This document shows, one piece after another, positions 15,201 to 27,200 of a DNA stretch of 64,000 nt. A program made the translations under genes and the position numbers. Origin of the DNA: Balanoglossus misakiensis. Taxonomy: Eukaryota > Animalia > Hemichordata. The notes beneath the pieces were generated by a model. The model was not told where the DNA came from. It ran no database searches and saw only the letters and a list, made by a program, of their open reading frames with translations. The stretch lies in the NCBI GenBank assembly GCA_040954595.2, contig CM082591.2:8658380-8722379 (forward strand), given 5' to 3'. Numbering within the stretch: the stretch's first letter is position 1; each line of letters starts with the position of its first letter.

Positions 15201-18200
15201 AACTAAATCATTAAGCACTCGGGTTAGCTGACACAGTCACCATCTGTTATACTAATAGTACACATTCATTTACTTTAGGATGGACAAACAGCCTTGCATC
15301 GCACATGTAGGAAGGGATACCTTGAAGCTGCTGAGATATTGTTGGATTGTGGAGCCAATAGCGAGCATGACAAGGTAATATAAAAGTAGTCATTTTACTT
15401 ATACATGATTCATTGTGCTATCAATACTTCCATAAATAAGTTAGTACAGTCAGGTAACATATTCGCGAACCATGTTTTATATTAGATGATTTCCAACTTA
15501 TCTGATAAATGCAGGGTGATATCAACTACACAGTTGTGTTTTATACGATTTACTGACAATATTTTGTCATTATGTTAGCAGAATTTTACTAAAATAGCAA
15601 TGCCATGAACATTCACTAAATAAAGTGAACTATAACTTCAAAACATTTCTTATTACCATCAGAAAGGAATGCAGGCTCTGCATCATGCTGTACTAAGTGG
15701 TAACAGTAAACTGGTGACCCTCATTTGTGAAAGGTCTGCAGATATGCAAGCTGGTGATGAGGTATTTGATTATATAAATATTCTGTATCGAGGTCTTCTC
15801 TCATTTGAAATATTCTGCTAAAATCCCTTACTATAAGAGTGTACGTGGGTATATAGTAATCATTTCAAACGTGTTATTCATATCAATATCAGTGTTGTTG
15901 AAAATTGTCAACACAATCAGTTTCGTCTGATATTTTCCATCAGAAACCAAAGTCACGAAAAGTTTTGACAATCTCAATCACACCAAATCATATTCATAGA
16001 AAATGTTGTTCATAATTTACTAAACATATTTTACAAGCTTTAATTTGCGTCTCATTTAAGCAGTGGACTGCCAATTAATATTTGTATAATGTACGTACAC
16101 TTAATCTAGTTCATGGTACTTCATGCGTGGAAATTTTCCTGTTGTTTTAAGTTCCAAGTATCAAGATATATGACTTTCAATATTGATGCCAGGCATGTAT
16201 GTCACAAGTATTTGTACTTGCAAATATTGTAATATAAAGCTTGCGTCTTCCTGGTATAATTTTATTTTAATCATTAGTGATTGTGCAATGCACCCTTACT
16301 GTACCTGTATATGACCTAAGGGAAAGTAAATGTATAAAACTTAAATTCAAATAAGATGTATCAATTGTTTATGTTTTCCTATTAAAGGTATACGGTCACC
16401 TATGGAAAATTAGCTATAGTTACCATGGCGAATTGAGATCTAGCCAATCACGGATTTTCAGTCGGTGGCACACGCGAAAAAAAGAGCGCCACTATATGTT
16501 CTTTAGAACGCTCAAATACGCCATTTCAGCCATCTATGCGCATATGCAAATTGGAGGTGACCGTATACCTTTAAATACAATGATCAACTTAAATTTAGTG
16601 ACTGAATATTGCATTCTAGTTGACCACTAGAATAAGTGTTCAATGTAATCTTTTATCTTTTATGTTGGTCTGTTTTATTGTATAGGAGGGAAAAACTGCC
16701 CTTCACTATGCTGCTGTACAGTGTGAAATGGAAATGGTGGAAACTTTACTTAAATTTGATGCGAACATAAATTCAGCAGATAAGGTATGAAACATCTTAA
16801 TCTTATTTTTGTCCCACTTTTTACATTATTTATCAGTAGTTGCACTCTACAGTCACTTAACATATGTGTTACATAAATTATTAATATACATATTAAATCA
16901 TAATTGGGTGAGCTCTTTTATTGAAGACATAACATGATGTGATCAAAACTAAGGACATTCATTTTCAGCAACATACTTTTTAAACCCAGTATATTACGTT
17001 TCATAAAGTATGTCAACTGTATTTGGGTCAACTGTCACTCAATAGTCGAAAGCATGTCATGATATAAAAGAAAATATGACGAATGACCATTACCTTTTCA
17101 GGACAGCAAAACTGCATTGTATGATGTACTTGATAGTATTGAAGACAACAAAGGGAAGAAAATTAAGATGGCCAAGTTTCTTTTACACAAGAAAGCCAAA
17201 ATCCACAAGACTGAAGAGGTGAGTTAACAAATAATTTTATAATTGCTTGTCACAAGTTCAGTGACCAGTCTCACCAAATACCACAATTGATAATTAACGT
17301 TTATCACAAACTATACATTTGAATGTGACTGGGCTTTCTTTAGGAGACCTAGAAATAAGTTCATTTACTCTGTTGACCCTAAGGAATGTCGACATCTCGG
17401 TAGTTCCTGGTAATATCGATTTAAAAGTACCCGGTATAATATATAACAATAATGATAAATTTCACAATGTGCAGCATTGCTTATGACAATATGAGATTTA
17501 TGCCCAGCAACTCTCAAGATGGAAAAATCTAAACATTATTATTCTAATCAGTAAAGTACCTTTTTCTCCTTTATTACACACCTATCGCATGTTAAAATGT
17601 TTCAAAGAATGAAGACGACTGCTGTCATCAGTAAATGAAACAATTTGCAAAACATTATGAGGATTAAAAAAACAAACCCAACCCTATTGATAATGGCCAA
17701 TGATTTTATATTTCAGGATAATTTACTCCACTTCTATTGGGCAGCTCAAGAGTCAGAGAAAATTTTGGAGAGCCTTCAAACAGCTGAAGAAGACATCAAC
17801 GGACTGCATGAGGTATCTTCTCATATTTAGACTGTTGTTTTAATTGCTTAATTGCCAATGAATACTTCATGTAGCAAATCATGAAATACACATGATAATC
17901 ACCTGTCTGAGCTAATAAAAACTGTTACCATACAAACTGTGTAGACTATACAATACTAAAATATATAATGATGAACAAAAAAGATATTTAAGAAAGAAAA
18001 TTTTTCTGTCACACCCTAATGATGTACAATTCATAGTATGTCTTTGGTGCAGACATATCATCAAAAACAAAGATCACAACATAATAATTTCTGCATTCAT
18101 TACTGATATATTAACAAAATGTGATGCATTTCTCTAAGAATATTCAGATCATATGAAAATATTGTTGAAAGTGTGAGACAATTATAGGCTAGAAACATAT

Positions 18201-21200
18201 GGTCCTTTCCAGAAAATTTTTCTGTCACACCCTAATGATGTACAATTCATAGTATGTCTTTGGTGCAGACATATCATCAAAAACAAAGATCACAACATAA
18301 TAATTTCTGCATTCATTACTGATATATTAACAAAATGTGATGCATTTCTCTAAGAATATTCAGATCATATGAAAATATTGTTGAAAGTGTGAGACAATTA
18401 TAGGCTAGAAACATATGGTCCTTTCCAGGTTGGCAATACGAAGAGTACAACGTTGCAATATGCAATAAGGGAAAATGCACCATTGAAAGTCCTGAAATGT
18501 TTGATATCCAGGGGAGCTGATGTCAATAGAATTGATGATGTAAGTTTAGCTGACTGCATATTGCGCTATTGATGTGTGTTTTTCTACTATTTAAGATGAG
18601 TATGTTGGTCATTCTTTCCATTCAAAGCAAACTTTGCATGTTCCACAATTTACTGTCCAGTCATACATAACAGTATATTTGTCAACAGTGCCGGTACATG
18701 CATGCATCCATCCACACACACACACACACACATATACTGGTACAATGTTAGGATTTATTATTTGCAACTCTATTAAATGATGAAATGAGGAATACATGGA
18801 GCCCATGAACAGAGGACCCCTAAAATAAGATCAGTTTACTTTTCATAGCCATAGCTGACAGTCATACTCGTAGGGCTATGCTTGACCATACACTGTATAG
18901 TTTGACCATGGTTTGACATACATATTTTCTTATCTGTTGGTAGTAACGTATCAAAATATTAAGTTCTGTGCGTGCACCAAAAAGTCTGAATCAAATCAAT
19001 TCAAATATGACCAAGATATTTGATTAATTTTACTAGTCAGGAAGAAAATGCAACACATTGACTACTTGTGGCCATATTAAGTTATATTGCAAACATACGC
19101 TTTGTGTGGAATTGGTTTGGTCAACAAAAAAGCATGACAGAATAAAACAAAATGGCCATCTAGTGGTCATATTAGCATTTATTGCAAACTGCAGATGCAC
19201 AAAAGTGTACCTGCAGACATGTCCAAGTATATTAATCGGCTTCAGACAAGAATGTTCTGCCACTTGGAGAAGTTATTCACAATTATATTATTTATAGCTT
19301 TATCAATACCAGTGAATTTTGTGATGTCATAGCTGTACATTATTACTGATAATGTACAGTGAATGTAAAGTGATAGCCACGCGCCCAAGAATCAGCCCGG
19401 CGTGTACAATTTCTGAGTAAATAATGGAGGTTTTCAAACAATGTAAACATATTAAGGGCGAAAAAAAAGAAATGCAAACTTACACAGAATAAATACAGCA
19501 ATATTTATTAATTTCCAAACCTGACCTCGACTGGCAATTTGTTTATTTTCTCTGCCTAATGCGGAAGTACATGTCGTCTGCTCTTGAATCACGCACAGTT
19601 TTCAACATGGCTCGCTCCCGCACATAAATCAATGATGCTAGATTTGACATTTGTTCACCATACATACCGTGTACCATGTACCAAGCAGTCATGTCAACAA
19701 AGATATACGTCAAAAAATTACGCCGCAAGTGTCACGGTCATGTTTTGTACGCGGTACAGGGAAGGGCGAGTTTGTTTATGTATTGCAACCTTCCTAGCGC
19801 CCGTACACATGAACCTTCCTGAGAACGCAAACGAATGCAAATATTTGCCGAGTCCTCACCAAGATTTCACATAAATCAAAACTTTTTAGCTCTGCTGTCA
19901 CTTGTGTCAGCTGAGCTGTAGCAGTAGGTTGATAAGTGTCCGTCTGTTGTCCGTCCGTCCGGCGTCCGTCAACTTTTGGTTTTTCAATCTTCTTCTTTAA
20001 AACAACTTGCGAATGTGTGTTATGGTGCCCTTACCTGATCTTGTTAATTTGGATTTGAAGGGGTCATGAATATGCAAATTAGATCTAAAAATAGAAGTTT
20101 TGGTAAAAATCTTCTCCTCCACAACTACATGTACAATGGAGCTGAAATTTGGTAGGAATGTGTGCTATGGTGCCCCTACCTGATTTTGTTAATTGGAATT
20201 TTGATGGGGTCATGAATATGCAAATTAGAAACTTGGTGCTTCCTTTTGATGTTGTTCTTTAGGATTCAATTCTTTCTTTCTTTCTTTAGCACAATGAATC
20301 AAGCTGAATTTGGATAAATACTTGTGATGTCTATGTTTGGTTTTGTTCAATAGAATACGATTGTTATGAATTAAAACCTAGGGTATTCATATCATTGCCC
20401 AGGTTACACTGTTAAAGTCAGCAGAGCTATTTTGACCGATAGGTCACTTGTTCAGATATATTCCAGCAGAACCCTTAAATGAATTTTCACATGTGTTAAT
20501 AAACCTTCATTATTTATTTCCTGATGTTTGAATATCATACTAGAAATGTACAGTACACTGATACACCGCGATCAGCTGACCTTTTGTTTACGCGTACGCA
20601 ACTGCACCATTCTCGATCTCCGTGTCTGAGTTTGAATTTTTCACACCTATGCTGTTTTAAAGATTTTTGAAGTCTGCAAATTCACTGGCATTGCCAAAAC
20701 TATAAATTAATAAGAATAATGTACGCCCCAAAGACCCATGCATAATGGACTTCAGCACACATTGTACTCCATAAAGTGCTCAGCATTCGCCTCGCACATT
20801 ATGTCGCACAATGTGTGCTTTCGTCCATTATGGGTTTTCGAGGTGTACATTATTCTCTAAATAGCATCTTGTACTGTGTATGCAACTATCGTCATTCAAT
20901 ACATTACTTAATTTCAACATAATACCAAAATCATTTCTACATTAACTGTAGTGTTTTGACCCAATTATTGATCACTATATGTTATTTGTTACAGACAAAA
21001 AGGAATGCTTTACATTGGGCTGCAAAATACAGTGAAAATAGTCAAGACAATGTGAATTTGATTTACAACAGTGGGGTAAAAGTCAATGCCTACAATGAGG
21101 TTAGTTCTGCTTTAAACGACTTGTATTTGTTCATCAACCCATGTAGCAAGCAAGTCTGAGCACAAAACAACTATGCCAATACATCCTCCAAAAATGATGT

Positions 21201-24200
21201 TTCAATAGCATATATCAAAGCCTCTGTTAATCAGAGATCAGGGAGCAAGCAAAGGGAATTTGTATAGTATAAGATAAGTGTTAGGTTATATATGGAAAAA
21301 AGTACTTTAAAAGTAACCTTTGTTGTTGTTTTTTTCTTCAAAAACATGGCATTAAATGTCAATATTGTATATTTAGGCTTAGATTATACAATGTTAAAGT
21401 TTGTCATATATTAATGTAATTTATGCATGTTATAACCCTATATCCACAATAGTAACAATTCATGTGCAATACTCTATTATACCATTTTTGATTTATGGTA
21501 TTGTTATATTACAGGACGACAAAACACCTTTATATGTTGCTGCTATCAATAAAAATGTGAAAGTGGTGCAGTATCTACTAAAAAGGGGAAAGGCTAATTT
21601 TGAGGAATACACAGTAAGTAAGACCTGGCAAGATAGCCAGAAATGTTTTCAAAGTTTTGCAATTATAGCATCCACTGAGTGTAATGAATTTAAACTGTGA
21701 AAAAATGTTGAATATGTTACACCTTAAACAAGGCGTTTTTGCATCTTCTCTTGTGGCAACTTGTTACATACATATCGGACTTATGACACAAGACCAGATG
21801 TCATAATGATACCAATGTTGGTTAAAGGGTAAAGGTATATGGTAATCCTAAATTAACACATGCCAGTATTTGCCTGAAATGGCTTATTTCATTAATCTAA
21901 AGAACATATTGTGGCACTCTTTTTTTCACGTATTCCACCCACTGAAAACCTGTAAGTGACTAGATTTCAATTTGTCATGGTAACTATAGCTAAATTTGCA
22001 TAGGTATATATACATTCAATTGATTTTTGAATGCATAGTAACTTATCCATTTGATATATTTTACAGGACTTGAAACAAAGTAGACCGCCTGTGTACCTTG
22101 CAGCAAAAATGGAAAACAATGCAAGTGCAATAATAAAGGTGTTGCAAATGGCTGGTGTTGATATTAATGGAACCCTGGTGTCAGAAGATTCTCAGATTGT
22201 AAGTTTGTAATTAATGTTGGTTTTATTTTCATTTTATATCATAAACAACTGGAACTCATTTATATCTCGAGTAATTATTCCCATTTTAATATTAGAAATT
22301 GTTTTTTAAATGGCCACAGCTATCTTTTTACTGTTTGCAAAGGGCAGTAGGCATTTTGTATAAAGGTCACAAATAAACTTTTCTCTTTACATACACCAAA
22401 TGGGTAAATAGACTGACCTTTCCCTTTATAGTTTTCCTATGTTATCTGGTTTTATGCAACAGTCAACTTTATAGGGACACTATATTTAAGTTACTGACAG
22501 TATTTTGGTCAAAATATTTATTAAGACATTTCTACTATAATTAATCAGTAAAACGTTTCCATAGGTTAATCTTCCACCAACTATTTGGAATGCTTTAATC
22601 AAAATTTGAAGTCTGTGATAATGTAGTTTTGCAGCAATACATACTGTTAATTTTTCACTAACCTTTTGTTCCATATGGTTGTTTTTACATTGAAGAATGG
22701 GCTTACACCATTGCAACTTGCTTGTAAGGAAGGTGACTTAGATGCAGTAAAGACTTTGATTGATGCTGGAGCAGATGTAAATGCAAAAAATAAGGTAAGG
22801 TGAACTTGAAAACGTTTAGCTTTTGTTAAATGCAATATTTCATTTGGCATAAAAGTGCAAACTAATACATGTGATCAGCTGTAATCTGATAGAAGCAGCA
22901 TTTTCAGTAATATTTAAAATAATAATTCTATTTTTTTATGTTCATTTCAAAGGTCCAGGAGACAGCACTGCACACTTGCTGTTCATCAGACATAGATATA
23001 GATGTAAATTTGAAAATTATGGAGCATCTAGTTGATAAAAAGATAGATGTGAATGCAATTGACAAGGTAAATATATATGAAGTCGCCATGTACAAAAAAC
23101 AATCTTTCCACCCATCCACAGGTCTGTCCTTTAGTCTGTTTAGAACAATTTCTACATCAAATTCCTATCCCACCTGGTGTGTTCTATGTCAAAATTCTGA
23201 GCCACAATGTTTTTAGCACAAGTTTACCTTTTTATCACAGCTGTCTAAATAAATATGCTTCCATGAATCAGCTCAACAATGTTTCAAATGAATATCACGA
23301 TGTTTAGTGTAAAATATCAGTTGCAATGATATCTTAAATGGGCATGAGTATATGACAAATCAGTTTTAGTGTACACTTTTATATACCTCTAGAGACTACA
23401 AACTGAGGGCATTTAGCCTTGTTTTAATCTAAATGTTGCCTAATCTGGCTAAAATCTGTCACAGTACATGCATGGGCTCTTCATTATTATCTAGGCCAAA
23501 AGACCATAGTCATACATTGCAAATTGTAATCTGGTGGTCTTAATATTCATTGTTTCTTAGACTGTAATTGACTCACAACTATGATGTCCGTGTTTGGATC
23601 CTTTCATTTTTAATATGTAACATTATGTTTTCATCACAGGAAAATAAAAGTGCCCTTCACACAACACTGGGTGGCATCTGTGACAGTAATGAATATCCTT
23701 TCAGTAAACTTGCCAAGTTTCTTATTGAAAATCATGCAAGCCTTACAGTAAAGGATTCGGTGAGTTAGTAAGTTAGTTATTTAGTTAGTGTGATACAAAA
23801 GTAGAGCCGAGTATAAAGAAGGGTAGTAGGAGAAACGAAAGGCTGTAAATCTGTACAACGCTGTATCGTGAGTCACTGGACTCGCTCATCAGGAGACTCA
23901 CGAGAAACAGCGTTGTAGAGATTTTACCGCCTTTCGTTTCTCCTACTACCCTTCTTTATGTATATATGTATTGTTTGTATGTATGTGTGTGTGTGTGTGT
24001 ACAGTAAAACCTGTTAAAACAGAACTCTGGATTGACTGAGAAAGTGGTCCAGTTTGGAGGGAGTGGGCGTGGTCAAAACTTATCTGAGCCAGACGTGTTT
24101 CACACATCAACTGTAGATCACATGCATGTGCGTAAGGCAATGTAGTGAATTCAGCTCTTCCAGCTAGTGGCTGCACTTGCATTTCCTGTGTGTGTCTCTG

Positions 24201-27200
24201 GGGACACAAAGAATGCATTTTGCGTCTTTTCCTAATTTGAATATTTTAAACAGGTTAAGCTTACAAATTGTTACATTTTAGGTCTGCCTTGACTTGAAGG
24301 CGTGAAATGTACATGTCCTTATAGTCGGCTGCACTTATGAAAAAAAAGCCCCTTACCCCCAAAATTGCAACAAAAGGTTTCTCAACGGCTTTCTATAGTA
24401 TCGAATGTGCTTATTAACTTACTAAAAGTCTACCAAAATCCGATGACCGGAAACACATCATTTCCAAGATGGCGTCCAAGATGGCCACCACATATTTAAA
24501 ATGGCCATATAACTATATACAAGTGCCATTTTACCCTAAGAGATAGATGCCTTGCATCCGAATTTTTGGTAAGGAAAGTTCAAGAAGTCCATTCTATGTA
24601 AAACAATTGGGCTGATTCCCAAACAATAGTCTTAAAGACATCACTCAAGACAAAATTGCCGTTTTCGCCACTTTTTGTCCCCAAGGGTCATTTTTAGAAA
24701 GCAATAAAAACAAACTGTTTTCTTCACATCAGATATCTGATGATGTATGATAGGCCCATTCTATTTTAAAGTGTACAATAACACTTGTTTTATTGGAGTT
24801 TAAATGGAGCTGGGATCGAGGATGTGGCAGTTGGTCCTCGTGCTACGTGGTTTATTGCCTAGACTGAAAGCGGACATTTTTTATGTCGCTCGACGAAACT
24901 GCTATTAATTTTGGCCTTTCCCCGGCATCCCCCCAATAGTCACCAATTAAAATGACAGAAGACTACAGGTTTGTTGAATGATGTGAAGCGACGGGTCTTT
25001 CAAAAGACACTATCAGCTCACTAACCACCTCCCAGGTCACATCCTCCGAAGTACTGAAGTGCCCCAGCGACCAAGACATTGTCGACCTACAGCTACACAT
25101 CAATCAACGCAGACTGCTTCGCCAGTTACGAAACAAACTAGGCCTATGCTCTCAAAATGCAGAATTCAAGCCCACGGACACGCCGAAGCCCGCCGGCGAG
25201 GCCACCAAAGAGGTAACCACAAAAAACAAGGCACTGAACGAGCTCCTCGAAGGCCTAGGCAACGATGCCCTCAAAGACGTCCTGTCCGACCAACCACAGG
25301 CCACAAACGCAAAGCCAACTTCCGGGAAAGGTGAGCAAAAACCCCTACTAATTCCGGACTATGTCACCACAAAAAAGGGTTCGTTCGATCAACCAGACGA
25401 AACTGAACTGGCGGCCGACAGAGACACAAAATTAGTTATGCGAACAGCAAAACAACGACCGCGACCGGACCAAGTTTCACTGCCACAGTGGATATCAGCC
25501 AATGCCCGCATTTTAAAGGCACTGATCGCCCGCGGTATGTCCACGGAAGAGACACTGGCATATCTCGATCATACAATTAATATTGGTGACTACGCTCAAT
25601 CATTCACAATCCCATCGGTCCTGACTTACGATCACGAGTGCAGGAAAAAGCAGGCTGCCGATTCGCTCGCGTGGGGAGCCGTAGACCTTCACCTGTCACT
25701 CTATCACCTTGATAAGCGGCAAGTCGCGCCTCAGCAGAAAGGAACAAATACCACAGGCAACTCCAAAGGTCGCAGTTATGATTCAAAAGGCAAGGAAATT
25801 TGCTTCGACTTCCAAAACCCATCAGGCTGCAAACGCACCCACTGTCGCTTTGCGCACATATGCATCGAGGACGGGTGCCACAAAGATCACCCACAACATC
25901 GCCACAAATCGCTAACTTCGAACAATCATGCCTAGGATAAGGTTGCTAGCCCTCTTACTGATCACCTGGCAACGTGGACTGATGAACTGGAAAATGACAT
26001 GGATTGCAATTTCATACTCAACGGTTTAAAATTCGGTTTCGATATCATTACCCCTGGTACCCCCCTTCAAAACGTGGACAGAAAAAAATATGCGTCATGC
26101 TCTGACCCAAGTGGACTTGAAGTCAGCGTACCGTTTGGTCCCTATAAGCACTAACTTGCAGCGAGCAAAAGGTCTCCGCTACAAATTTTCAGGTCAGAAA
26201 ACCTCTACTTATATGGGGGACACCAGGCTACCATTCGGGGCAGCCAAAAGCCCAGAAATTTTCACCCGCATAACGCAAAGTGTCACCAGAATGATGCGCA
26301 GAAAAGGGTACCAGGCGGTAATTGTTTAGGCTATCTCGACGATTTTCTGATTATAGCGGACTCCACATTCGCTTGCAAACAGGCATTTCTGGCTTTATTA
26401 CAACTTTTACAAAACCTTGGCTTCACAATAAACTGGGACAAAGTGGTTAAGCCAGCACAGCAGCTGAAATGTTTTGGGATAAAGATACATGCACGCACAC
26501 GTTTGTTTCTTTTCCCCTTTTTTGACAAAAATTCCCTCCAGCTGGGCTTTACAAGATATGCCCCACTGGTCGTTTGCTGAATACAAATTCCCCAGTTAGT
26601 TCCCGTCCTTCCCCTATATTTGGCCTTTCGGGTAAAACCCCTGGTACCCCCATCCCAAACAGTAGATTCCAAAAATCCCCACCAACATCAGGACCAGGGC
26701 ATGGACATCACTGGCAGGTGAATCCTTCCTCGCGCCTCTGATGTGGAGTATTACTGGCTTATCTTCTGGTGCCTCTTCCAACAGCTGTTGGAGGGCTTCC
26801 TCCTGTTGGCCCCATTCATGGACGGTTCTGTCAAGGCCTATCTCGCCCATGGCCGCTACCAGGGGATGAGTTACCAGTCCACGAATCTGCTGTATCAGCT
26901 CCCCTGTCAGTTCTTTACGTTTTTGGGGTGAAGCCCGACCGCCACGTTCCACCCCGGCTCCCTAAGCAGGAAGTGGTGGCACCTTCGCTTGGTGAGCCTG
27001 GGCTCTCATGCCGTCCGGGTGGAAGTGGGCGTCTATAGCCTGGGATAGCCCCCTGGCTGGTGACGCCGCACTTGGTCGTCTCACTTCTGGGCTTCCGGCG
27101 CTTGCTTGGGGCTGTTTCCCTCGGGGCCATTTCTTAATGGTTTCTCTCTCCGCCGGTGACAGGTCCACCAGGAGCGTGAGGAGCACCCCCCCCCCAGTGA

